A stretch of DNA of 64,000 bases. Source: an uncultured Candidatus Micrarchaeota archaeon (GTDB taxonomy: Archaea > Micrarchaeota > Micrarchaeia > Burarchaeales > Fermentimicrarchaeaceae). Under the pieces are notes generated by a model, which was given only the letters and a program-made list of their open reading frames with translations, did not search any database and was not told where the DNA came from. The translations under genes were made by a program, and so were the position numbers. Positions within the stretch are counted from its first letter, which is position 1. Every line of letters starts with the position of its first letter. The stretch is taken from NCBI GenBank assembly GCA_963760615.1, contig CAVXDX010000014.1, forward strand, positions 71,999 to 135,998, written 5' to 3'. Shown here in pieces: positions 36,828 to 46,138 of the stretch.

Positions 36828-37613
36828 ATGAAAAGAACAAGAAGATTTAAGAGGGCTGCAGGATTCAGGCACAGACATGTAATGCCCCAGCCTGCTGCCA
36901 AACCCTCTACCGAGGAGAGAGTTCCATCAGGCATAGAGGGGCTTGATGAGCTTATTGAGGGCGGGTTTGAGAGGAACAGTGTGATACTTGTCTGCGGTGA
37001 TGCTGGGAGCGGCAAGACAACCCTCTCACTTCAGTTTCTTTATAACGGGGCAACACAATATAACGAGCCGGGCATTTTCATAACGTTTGAGGAGAGTAAA
37101 AAATCGATGTACAAGCATGCCATGCAGTATGGGTGGGATTTGAAGGAGCTGGAGGACAAGGGGCTTTTTGCGTTCGTGGAGTACAAGCCGCAGCAGATTG
37201 CAGAGATAATAAGGGGAGGCAGCAGCACCGTTAAAGATACAATAGACTCCATAGGGGCGAAGAGGATTGGTCTTGATTCACTCACTTCCTACTCCATGCT
37301 GTTCAAAACACCCTATGAGGGGAGGGAGGCTGTGCTTGCGCTCTTCAACAGGCTGAGGGAGTGGCATTGCACGAGCATGGTTGTTTCTGAGATAATCCTG
37401 CAGTTCGGCAGCAGGAGGGGGGAGGCCGGTGTTGAGTTCCTCTCGGATGCGGTTCTGCTGCTCTACTATGCAAGGCAGCAGGACATGAAGGTGAGAGCCT
37501 TGGAGATATTGAAGATGAGGGGCACGAAGCATTCGGATAAGATATGCCCCTTCAAGTTCGGAGAGAACGGAATAATCGTATTCCCAAAAGATTCTGTTTT
37601 TGGAAGGTTGTAG
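36828..37613 (+). CDS. KaiC/RAD55-family ATPase
   Basis: SGIEGLDELIEGG, GDAGSGKTT, IGLDSLT, LEILKMRGT.H. Confidence 0.93.
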   Translation: MKRTRRFKRAAGFRHRHVMPQPAAKPSTEERVPSGIEGLDELIEGGFERNSVILVCGDAGSGKTTLSLQFLYNGATQYNEPGIFITFEESKKSMYKHAMQYGWDLKELEDKGLFAFVEYKPQQIAEIIRGGSSTVKDTIDSIGAKRIGLDSLTSYSMLFKTPYEGREAVLALFNRLREWHCTSMVVSEIILQFGSRRGEAGVEFLSDAVLLLYYARQQDMKVRALEILKMRGTKHSDKICPFKFGENGIIVFPKDSVFGRL

Positions 37614-37620
37614 TGGTCCC

Positions 37621-38709
37621 ATGAGAGGACAAGCCGCTGTAGAGTGGGTGGTAATACTGGCAGTCTCACTCCTCGTCCTGTTTATCATAATATCCATCTC
37701 GAGCCAGTACCTCTCGGAACTCACTCAATCGCAGATAAACAGGGAGGCGAGGAACAGCGTTGAGGACCTGGCATCGGCTGCAAAGCAGGTCTACTACCAG
37801 GGAGAGGGGTCAAGGCAGCAGGTGTTCATAACAATACCCGAGGGGGTGGACGCAAGCAGAAGCGGGATAACAAACAGAACGATAAACCTCAATGTGCTTG
37901 GAACGGACTTCCCAGCCAGGACAGACTTTGATGTGAGAGGGAGGATACCCACAAGTCCAGGTGGCTATATGGTGTGGGTCACCGCAAAGAAAGGGTACGT
38001 GTTGATAGGCACAACAAGCCTGAATGCCCAGCCGAGCTACCTCTACGTTCATTTCTTCTCGCAGAACCAGAGCCAGTCCTCGCAGAATGAGGTTGTGTTC
38101 AGCAATGACGGGAACTCAAGCCTTGCAGTGAGCCTCACCCTGAATTTTCCAAGCGGGAATGTAAGCGCATCGCTGCTGAACCCAGCTGACACTGGCTTTT
38201 CGCTCAACCCAGGCGACTCAAAGCCGGTCTGGCTCAATTTCACTGTTGCAGCAGGCGCATTCGGCAGCTACTCGGGAACACTCTACGCCAACGCGAGCAA
38301 CGGTGATGAGCTCACCGTGGATATAACTGTTGATGTGACAGGCCAGGTGTGCACTGCGCCATACTGCCCACCATCCCAGCCTGGCGGAGCGAACTGCACC
38401 CCCAGCTACATGAAGATTGAGACGTTTAACGACAGCAACTACAAAAATTTCAAGGAGATATTCAACCTATCGGAGTATATCACAATGGGCGGCAGCGGTT
38501 GGACGCCTTTCTCGCAGATAACTCTCGATTTGAGGAACCCCAGCGGCTCATCAGTTTCCGGCTATCCAAAGCTTGTGGCGGTCAATTCTCAGGGCACATT
38601 CTCGGACCAGTGGAACAGCGTTGGGGCGCCTGTGGGAGTTTACACCGTAATTGCAAACGACTCCGCAAGACAGAGGAACTCAACCTTCAGCATAACGACA
38701 TGCACGTGA
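37621..38709 (+). CDS. Pilin-like protein with class III signal peptide
   Basis: MRGQ/AAVEWVVILAV prepilin cleavage motif; C-terminal Ig-like domains. Confidence 0.85.
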   Translation: MRGQAAVEWVVILAVSLLVLFIIISISSQYLSELTQSQINREARNSVEDLASAAKQVYYQGEGSRQQVFITIPEGVDASRSGITNRTINLNVLGTDFPARTDFDVRGRIPTSPGGYMVWVTAKKGYVLIGTTSLNAQPSYLYVHFFSQNQSQSSQNEVVFSNDGNSSLAVSLTLNFPSGNVSASLLNPADTGFSLNPGDSKPVWLNFTVAAGAFGSYSGTLYANASNGDELTVDITVDVTGQVCTAPYCPPSQPGGANCTPSYMKIETFNDSNYKNFKEIFNLSEYITMGGSGWTPFSQITLDLRNPSGSSVSGYPKLVAVNSQGTFSDQWNSVGAPVGVYTVIANDSARQRNSTFSITTCT

Positions 38710-38713
38710 TTGT

Positions 38714-41700
38714 ATGAGAAACTGCATACGCATTTCAATTTTCCTCCTTTTCCTAGCTTTGCTGCTCTCTGAAAATGCTCATGCGGACCCCGCCAGTGTG
38801 ACTCTCAACGCTCCGCAGACTGACCCATCGCTTAATGTAACCCAGACATTTGTGATAAGCTGCACCCCCAACACGGACGGTTCACCAAGTGGGACGAACA
38901 TGAGCTTCGAGTACAACTCCACCGGAAACCCGAGTTTTATTGACATACCCACCACAGGTACTCAGCTTACAGCGAATGACACGGCGCAGCAGAATATACA
39001 GAACAACACAATGTATTCAAGAAGTATAACTGCAGTTGCAGGAGACGACTACTATGTTAGATGCAGGATATACAACTACCCGGTGGCTGCACTCAAGGGA
39101 GGCCGCAACGGGCAGCTTTACGTCCCAAATGCAACCTACGTGCCAAATCTCAAATACCTCAAGGTGAGTCTGTGGTGCAACATGAGCGACACCGATTGTA
39201 ATGGAACGAGGTGCGGTTGCACACGCATGCAGGGCGACCAAGTAGGGGGAGCAAGCCCTTACCCAACAATCTCCAACTGGCCTGACGGTTCTGTGGGTAG
39301 TGCGGATGTTAACTTTATAAATTCAAAATTCGGTTCAAAAGAAGGAATGGCGAACTGGGATTACATAGCAGACTGCGTTCCAGACAGGAGAGTTGATGGG
39401 TCGGATACAATGACAGCAGCTCTAAATGGCGGGCAGTCAGGTTCTTACTCTTCAGACTTCTCGGGCATAAGAGTACTATTCAACAACAACCCCAGCTACT
39501 TCACACCGGATGCAAATGGGTACATACAGATTCCTGCAGATGCAGTTAACTTCACTGTCTACAACGGAACAAAACCAGTCATGGCACTTGTTATATTCTA
39601 TAACACAACCTACCCTCTTGCGTACACCAACGTCACCTCAAACGTGCAGAAGGTGAGCGTGAGGTATCCTCCAAAGCTTACAATAGCAGAGTTCAGGATG
39701 TACCAAGGCGGTAATGCATGGGTTGTGGGAAGTGGAAACCCGCTATGCGACATCACCTCATCATTTGGGAGCAGCATACCGAATTCGAACTGCTCGAACC
39801 CCAGCTTCTATGAAAGTGGTGGCATGTACCGGGGGGAAATAGAAATATGCAATGACCAGCTGTTTGGAAGGGATGTGGGCATAACCGGAGTGGTGCAGGG
39901 GAACCTGACTTCCAGTTACATGAATTGGCCTATGGGAGTGGTATGTTACAGCGATAGTCTTGGGGATTTTGTAGGGTGCGACAATACCACTGTGCCGAAT
40001 GCATTGTATATTGTTGGTTCCACCTCACCTCCAATTGCAGGGACTAAGATAGCAAATACAAGAACAAGCAGCTCCTGCCAGTGGTATGCTTACAGTTTCA
40101 TGGCGGCTCCAGTGGTTAACAACACATTGTTTACCTCTAATGTTACCACTGTGGGGGCAACCATCGGCTCTAACCCCCAGGTAGGAAGTCTATCAATTCT
40201 GCTTTATACAATTTCGAACATGAAGATTGCCGAGTTCAGGCTGTATCAGAGCAGCAACATGATAGCTCTGGGCAGTGGAACACAACTATGCGACATCACC
40301 TCATCATTTGAGAGCAGTATAGCAGACAACTCCGCATGCACAGGCTTGATATCACTAACGCAGTACAGGGCTGAGGTGAGAGTATGCCAGGACTGGTTGC
40401 CGGGTGGGAAGAATATAAGTATAACCGGGTTGATGCATGGTAATCTGAGTTCTAATTATATATGGAATACAACTTCTCTGAACTGGGGTGGATGCGCAAA
40501 CGGAAATGGCGCTCTCACCCCAATCAACTGCGACTGGAATACAACTGTGCCGAATGGAGTGTATATAAATACTTCAACCTCTCCGCAGTTCGCAACTGGT
40601 AATAGGACTTCCACATCCTGCCAGTGGTTTGCGTATAACTTCACAACAGGTCCACTCGCGAATAATGCGCTGGTTATATCAAATCTCAGCACTCGGGGTG
40701 TGAGCTCTGGGATAAATCCGCAGGTGAATAATTTGACCATCAGCATAGTGCCGCAGTATTACATGGGTGGAGTAACACTCAACCCCCCTTCAGCTGATTT
40801 GAATGTGACTGACCTGAGCAATTTCGGCATGACATGCACTGCAAATACACGCGGAGGTTATAATATAAACATCACATTTGAGTACAACAGCACAACGCAG
40901 GGATGGGGGGCGATTCCTGCAAGCGGAGCCAGCTTCACGATAAACGGCAACAACCCAGAGGTGAATGTTTCAAACGGCGGTGTTTATGCTCACACTGTCA
41001 ACGTCAGCCTGAACTCGTTTGGAACATACTGGGTGAGGTGCAGGATAAGCAATGCAAGTATCTCCCTGTACTCCAACATAATAAAGATAGGCGTCTACCC
41101 AGCCTATTTGAACATCAGTCTCCAGAATCCCTCCCCGCTTGTTTACAACTCGTCAAACCCATTTGTGATTGGACAGTACAGCACACTTGTTGTGAATTCA
41201 TCAGTGAACTGCAACTCCATTGGCTCGCTGGGTGGTTGCGGCGGTGTGAGCTGTTCTGTGAGATACAACTCCAGCTCGGCTCTTGCAGATACGCTTGTGA
41301 ACGAGACGCTAGGCGCTACGCCATTCTATGTGATATCCTCGAACATGACCCATGATTTCACAGGGGTGAGCAACCCCAGTACAACCCATCAGGCATTATA
41401 TGAACTATGCTCCTGGGGTAAGCTGCAATACACGCCGCCTTCAAGCATATTCACCGGTCCAGCATATAATGAACCCAGCACAATGGATTATGCACTCCTG
41501 AGCTCGGAAGATGGGCTGGATTCGAGCAATTCATTCTGGTGGAATGGAGGTGCATCATGCCAGCAGTTCAGGTTCCAGGTTAATGAGAGCACTGGTTCAA
41601 TAAACAAAATAAGGGTGTATTACAAGGGCCATAGTTCTTCGAATTCTACGACAACCTCAAATTGTGATACTGTTTCGTATCTCACAAGGCTTTACATGTG

Positions 41701-42652
41701 GAACTTCACCTCAGGCAACTGGAGCCTTGTGGGGAGCACCAGTTCAAATTCTGATGATGTGATATCAGTTGAATTCAATTCAAGCTTCAGCAGCATCGTG
41801 AATTCCAGCTATATGTACCTCCTAGCATCAGCTGACCTGGCAAGCCAGCTGTGTAAGTCTAATGTTTCCACAGACTACGTGAAGGTTGATGTGCAGCTTT
41901 CGAATAAGAATATCCTGCCATGCGGCAACCTCTCTGCCAACCAGACATGCAAGTTCTCCTGGCTGCTCAACGTGACTGGAGTTAACGAGCTGAGGGCAAT
42001 TGACATCAACTGCAGCTCCAACAAGACCACAGTTGCATCGAATCACTCTAACGATTCCTATATATCTATAATAGGGTTTGAGGTGCACACTGACAAGAGC
42101 ACCTACAGGAACTGCGGCGGGGTTTACTATAAGGTGAGCGTCTATGACTCAAGCAACAACCTTCTGGACCAGAATCTTACAGTGAGCATATACGACCCGC
42201 TTGGGAATATTGCGAACCAGAGCAAAGTGCAAACCAGCATGGGAGTATACAAGGGGTTCTACTGGCTCCAGGGCTCTACAATTGGCGAGTGGTTCATACG
42301 CGCAGCCTCCTGCGGAATTTTCAACAAAACATTTGGGGTGGGAATCGGAAACAGCAGCGCATTCTGGAAGGCGGAGTGGCAGATTCCCAACAGGGTGAAG
42401 TACTCTCCTTTTGAAAAGATTCCCATAACCATAAGGTTCTACAACCAGCTTGGCGAGGGTCAAAACGCCATGGCGCTCGTGTATCTGGATGGTGTTTTCG
42501 GTGGTAGCTGCAGCAGCACTACAATTAAAGGGCAGTACGACTGCTCGGTAAATACACCTGCTTCAAATGGAACCCATCCGGTGAATATATACTGCTCAGG
42601 CATGGGCATTGGAGTGGTGTTCAATGAGACGAGGTACATCTATGTGGGCTAG
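38714..42652 (+). CDS. Large secreted Cys/Asn-rich surface protein (putative adhesin) with dockerin-like module and internal repeats
   Basis: Signal peptide; module shared with the C1A peptidase (~39080-39600); two tandem ~185-aa repeats beginning (T/K)IAEFR(M/L)YQ...LCDITSSF. Confidence 0.85.
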   Translation: MRNCIRISIFLLFLALLLSENAHADPASVTLNAPQTDPSLNVTQTFVISCTPNTDGSPSGTNMSFEYNSTGNPSFIDIPTTGTQLTANDTAQQNIQNNTMYSRSITAVAGDDYYVRCRIYNYPVAALKGGRNGQLYVPNATYVPNLKYLKVSLWCNMSDTDCNGTRCGCTRMQGDQVGGASPYPTISNWPDGSVGSADVNFINSKFGSKEGMANWDYIADCVPDRRVDGSDTMTAALNGGQSGSYSSDFSGIRVLFNNNPSYFTPDANGYIQIPADAVNFTVYNGTKPVMALVIFYNTTYPLAYTNVTSNVQKVSVRYPPKLTIAEFRMYQGGNAWVVGSGNPLCDITSSFGSSIPNSNCSNPSFYESGGMYRGEIEICNDQLFGRDVGITGVVQGNLTSSYMNWPMGVVCYSDSLGDFVGCDNTTVPNALYIVGSTSPPIAGTKIANTRTSSSCQWYAYSFMAAPVVNNTLFTSNVTTVGATIGSNPQVGSLSILLYTISNMKIAEFRLYQSSNMIALGSGTQLCDITSSFESSIADNSACTGLISLTQYRAEVRVCQDWLPGGKNISITGLMHGNLSSNYIWNTTSLNWGGCANGNGALTPINCDWNTTVPNGVYINTSTSPQFATGNRTSTSCQWFAYNFTTGPLANNALVISNLSTRGVSSGINPQVNNLTISIVPQYYMGGVTLNPPSADLNVTDLSNFGMTCTANTRGGYNINITFEYNSTTQGWGAIPASGASFTINGNNPEVNVSNGGVYAHTVNVSLNSFGTYWVRCRISNASISLYSNIIKIGVYPAYLNISLQNPSPLVYNSSNPFVIGQYSTLVVNSSVNCNSIGSLGGCGGVSCSVRYNSSSALADTLVNETLGATPFYVISSNMTHDFTGVSNPSTTHQALYELCSWGKLQYTPPSSIFTGPAYNEPSTMDYALLSSEDGLDSSNSFWWNGGASCQQFRFQVNESTGSINKIRVYYKGHSSSNSTTTSNCDTVSYLTRLYMWNFTSGNWSLVGSTSSNSDDVISVEFNSSFSSIVNSSYMYLLASADLASQLCKSNVSTDYVKVDVQLSNKNILPCGNLSANQTCKFSWLLNVTGVNELRAIDINCSSNKTTVASNHSNDSYISIIGFEVHTDKSTYRNCGGVYYKVSVYDSSNNLLDQNLTVSIYDPLGNIANQSKVQTSMGVYKGFYWLQGSTIGEWFIRAASCGIFNKTFGVGIGNSSAFWKAEWQIPNRVKYSPFEKIPITIRFYNQLGEGQNAMALVYLDGVFGGSCSSTTIKGQYDCSVNTPASNGTHPVNIYCSGMGIGVVFNETRYIYVG

Positions 42653-43031
42653 GAGTGGGCAGGTCAGCTTTGAATTCTTCATAGCAGTCTCCTTTCTAAT
42701 TCTGTTCTTCCTTGCTTCTCTCATCGTTTATGATGATGAGAGCCAGAGCACAAATCTATTCCTCTCAAAGATGAGCGCCCAGGCGGTTGCATCCGATTTC
42801 TCCAGGGCAATAAACGGCGTGCACCAGTGCGGCAATGGATGCTCTTACACCCTGCAGCTCAAGGAGGGGTATTCCCTGACAGTTCAAGGCAGGGTGGTTG
42901 AGGTGGTGTGGAATTCAGAGCTCGGACAGGGCGCACTGGTTACGGATAAGGTGGTGCTTCAGTCAGCAACGCCCGGTAGGTATATCGCTGTTGTGAACAG
43001 CAATGGAGTGGTGCAATTGCATGATGTCTAG
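42642..43031 (+). CDS. Minor pilin-like protein
   Basis: RSGQ/VSFEFFIAV class III signal peptide. Confidence 0.8.
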   Translation: MWARSGQVSFEFFIAVSFLILFFLASLIVYDDESQSTNLFLSKMSAQAVASDFSRAINGVHQCGNGCSYTLQLKEGYSLTVQGRVVEVVWNSELGQGALVTDKVVLQSATPGRYIAVVNSNGVVQLHDV

Positions 43032-43524
43032 GGGACAGATAGTTCTGACAGACATTCTTGTTGCATTTGCGGTATTCATCCTCATAGCCGATGCTTCCAT
43101 ACTGCTCTGGGAATACGAGCTGGGGAAGGCAGTAGATACGGCAAGCAGAAATCAGATGGAGGAACTCGCGAGGGCCGCCAGCAGCCAGCTGTTGACCTCT
43201 GGAGAACCTTCAAACTGGGAGGTGCTTGATGCACTGAATGACAGCTCTCTTCACTCATTTGGGCTTGCCAGCTCAGGCAATGTTGTGGAGTGGAGCAAGG
43301 TTCAGAAAATCAGCCAGCTGAGTGACCCTGGCAGCTACAGGGTGGTGAAAAGGTCCCTGGGGCTGGACTGCTGCGAGGCTTGGTTCGGTGTGTTATACGA
43401 GAATGGGACAGTGATTGGGAGCTTCGGCAATGGCACTTCAACCAAAGGCTCCAGCATCAGCATTGACAGGAAGGCCATACTCAACTCCTCGCCAGTCACC
43501 GTGAGGCTGAAGGTGTGGCAGTAA
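43021..43524 (+). CDS. Minor pilin-like protein (stop codon supplied by the IS end)
   Basis: SRGQ/IVLTDILVAF class III signal; ends VWQ-TAA, with the TAA inside the IS right end. Confidence 0.8.
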   Translation: MMSRGQIVLTDILVAFAVFILIADASILLWEYELGKAVDTASRNQMEELARAASSQLLTSGEPSNWEVLDALNDSSLHSFGLASSGNVVEWSKVQKISQLSDPGSYRVVKRSLGLDCCEAWFGVLYENGTVIGSFGNGTSTKGSSISIDRKAILNSSPVTVRLKVWQ

Positions 43525-44850
43525 ACTGCCACTCAATAAATTGGGTGGCTTTCCATAAGTTGATTTGCATGTTGCACGGCAACGTTGGGCAAACAAACTT
43601 CATCTGGACGCATGAGCCCGTTTACAGGGACTCGCCTATTGGAAACCTGGGCAAAATCAGGAATAGTGAGTTCGTGATTCTCCCGCTCCAACAGAGATTT
43701 TATAGCAATAGCAAGGGATGCCTTTCTATCGCTATTCACAATTTTACCACATACCTTGCATTTATACAAGGCATAGTTCCCAGAGTAGTGTCCGTTATTC
43801 ACTGCACCGCAGGCAGAACACCACTTGGAGGTATGGTAAGCATCAATTTCTCTGAGAGGGATACCAAACATCTCAGCATTAGAGTAAAGGAATTCCTTGA
43901 ACTTGCCGTAGGGAATCTTGTTAATTTTTCTATTGGCTTCTTTTCTAAATCTCCCTCTTCTGCCTCTGATATTCTTGAGTTTCTCAATGGATATGTATGC
44001 ATCATACCTATTGGCAAGATTGATAATCTCCTTGGCAACCTGACCGCTTCTTGTCTTGACAAAATTGAACTGTTTATGTTTAAGTTTTCTAAGGCTCTTC
44101 TTTGCTCTTTCAGAACCTTTATCGGCAAGGCTTTGGAGTTTGGCTTTTCTTTCAAGATATTTTCTCTGCCGTTCAGCAACATCCCTTCCAAGGTAGAGTT
44201 GTTTAACAATTTTGGAAGTTTTGATGTCAAAGATAGAAACAGCGGCGAGAGTGGAACTGCCAATATCAACTCCAAGAACATATCGCTTGGAATCCACAGC
44301 AGGTTCTTCAAATTCCTTTTCAAGAACAACGGAGATTCTGCCGTCTTTCAGAAGAGAAATATTATCAAAACCCCAGCCATCACCAAGGAAAGATTGAAAT
44401 CGTTGGAATTGTCTATCCACAGCAACAGGGATGAGCAGTTTCTTCTTTGGGGAGTAAGTGATGCTGAAGACGGGATTATTTCTCTTGGAAGCAGCGAACT
44501 TGAACCATCTCTTGTTCAATCTAATGGAGCAGTTCTTAAACCCATTCCTGAGTTTGTTCCTGCTCTTCCAAACATCCTTTCTTGCTTCCTGAACAATATC
44601 ACTTGGGAGAAAAGAGGTCTTGCGTATGCCTGAATATGTTTTGTGGTGCAATTCAGTAGAGGATTTTGCAGGCAGATGCTTAGCAGTTGCATTCAACACC
44701 CGCAGGTATTCAGAGATAACACTATCCAGAGTTTTGGATTTCTTCCTCGTCAATTCACGGCAGTTTAATACGATGCATTTTCTCACGAACTCACCAATAG
44801 TGCTGTGTTTACAGAGATTTATAAACCTCTTGAAGGGGGGTAACTTGCCA
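43521..44850 (-). mobile_element. IS200/IS605-family (IS1341-type, TnpB-only) insertion sequence
   Basis: Minus strand: TTCAC|tggcaag...left end with hairpin AGAGgTTTATAAAtCTCT; right end GCCAC-caat/attg-GTGGC hairpin ending GTTTAC|. Removing it restores TGG CAG TGA; no target duplication; no tnpA. Confidence 0.85.
43533..44786 (-). CDS. tnpB: TnpB RNA-guided endonuclease
   Basis: RuvC I VLGVDIG, RuvC II ISIEKL, DAYHTSKWCSAC...CKVC zinc finger, RuvC III NSDRKASLAI. Confidence 0.93.
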   Translation of the reverse strand: MRKCIVLNCRELTRKKSKTLDSVISEYLRVLNATAKHLPAKSSTELHHKTYSGIRKTSFLPSDIVQEARKDVWKSRNKLRNGFKNCSIRLNKRWFKFAASKRNNPVFSITYSPKKKLLIPVAVDRQFQRFQSFLGDGWGFDNISLLKDGRISVVLEKEFEEPAVDSKRYVLGVDIGSSTLAAVSIFDIKTSKIVKQLYLGRDVAERQRKYLERKAKLQSLADKGSERAKKSLRKLKHKQFNFVKTRSGQVAKEIINLANRYDAYISIEKLKNIRGRRGRFRKEANRKINKIPYGKFKEFLYSNAEMFGIPLREIDAYHTSKWCSACGAVNNGHYSGNYALYKCKVCGKIVNSDRKASLAIAIKSLLERENHELTIPDFAQVSNRRVPVNGLMRPDEVCLPNVAVQHANQLMESHPIY

Positions 44851-44867
44851 GTGAAGCGAGGGATTTT

Positions 44868-45266
44868 ATGAAAGGGTTTGTGATAACGCTTGACTCCGTG
44901 ATAGCAATCATAGTGGCCATATCTCTTATAATAATCATAAGCGCCCCCACTCTGAGAGTTAGGCCGAGCGCATGGAGCGGGGTGGAGGCGAAGCGCTTCT
45001 CAATGGATTCGCTCGCAATCCTACAGAAGTCAGGTGTGCTTGCAAGGGCTGTGCAGACCAACTCCACATCGGAACTGCTTTATTTCATGAGCACAGAGTC
45101 AACCTCGCTATGCATGAGAATCAGGATAAGCGGGAGCAACGGGTATGGACTCTATGCAGCAAAGGCGGGCTGCACCAGTGAGGCGAGTGGGTTTTCATTG
45201 AGCAAGAGGAGCTTCATCTCCGGGGGCAAGCCCTACATTGCCGAGATGCATTCGTGGGAAGGGTGA
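44868..45266 (+). CDS. Minor pilin-like protein
   Basis: MKG/FVITLDSVIAI class III signal. Confidence 0.8.
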   Translation: MKGFVITLDSVIAIIVAISLIIIISAPTLRVRPSAWSGVEAKRFSMDSLAILQKSGVLARAVQTNSTSELLYFMSTESTSLCMRIRISGSNGYGLYAAKAGCTSEASGFSLSKRSFISGGKPYIAEMHSWEG

Positions 45267-45270
45267 ATGG

Positions 45271-46104
45271 ATGAGGAAAGGATTCTTGATAACTCTGAGC
45301 GCGCTGCTGCTGTTCATGGTAAGTTTGCTTTTCGTCCAGAGCAGCCAGAAAACAATGAGGGATGCTGAGAGGACAATCGGAGATACCGTGGCGATGGATT
45401 CAGCTGCCTATGCGTTTGACAACGCGGCATACGATTTGAAAGATATGCTTGGTCCTGAAGTTGGTATAACAAGAAACAGCTCAGAAACGAACATAACCTT
45501 CGGTGAGCAGCTTCCCGGCAGCTCCGCGTACAGCTCCTTGCTCTCAAACTACAGCATCTTCATTGCGAATTATTCAGGTGGGATAAACTCGAATGTTTCA
45601 CTGAACTTCTCGGGAATTCTGAATGGAACCCTGCTTGTTTTCAGCAACGGGCTGCGGTATGACCGTAATATGACAGCAGTCAGGTTCTATTCTCCCAACG
45701 CGGGCACAAACGCAAGCGCCTATGAGCTGAACATTTCATCCAATGCTTACAGGCAGAGCGAGAATATAAGCTCACTGCCGCAGTCTGGCACTGTGAGGCT
45801 GGTGGTGCATTACTCAGATTTGAGCGGAAGCATGGATGTGAGCGGGTGGTTTGACCCGAATTCTCTGGCTGTATATACTGTGAACTACAGCGATTCTGTA
45901 AGCTCTTTGAGCATAAGGGCTGGGAACTTCTCAGGCGGCAGTAGCAGCATCGGGGTTGAGCAGGCAGGTTCTGTGCAGGTTGGGTTGAACCTCACTACAA
46001 GGGGTGGATGGAACGGAAGTCTGGCTTATGCTTACAATGCGAACATGAGCTACACGCAGCTCAACGCCACAAAGAATGATTTACTGTGGGTAGAGAGACA
46101 TTAA
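45271..46104 (+). CDS. Pilin-like protein
   Basis: MRKG/FLITLSALL class III signal. Confidence 0.8.
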   Translation: MRKGFLITLSALLLFMVSLLFVQSSQKTMRDAERTIGDTVAMDSAAYAFDNAAYDLKDMLGPEVGITRNSSETNITFGEQLPGSSAYSSLLSNYSIFIANYSGGINSNVSLNFSGILNGTLLVFSNGLRYDRNMTAVRFYSPNAGTNASAYELNISSNAYRQSENISSLPQSGTVRLVVHYSDLSGSMDVSGWFDPNSLAVYTVNYSDSVSSLSIRAGNFSGGSSSIGVEQAGSVQVGLNLTTRGGWNGSLAYAYNANMSYTQLNATKNDLLWVERH

Positions 46105-46138
46105 TATTAAAGGAGTAGAATATAGTAAGGTGGGTTGT

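Noticed and set aside
43533-44786. TnpB-like protein as a Cas12f/Cas14 effector
   Set aside because: No CRISPR array or cas1/2/4 nearby, and clear IS200/IS605 ends flank it.
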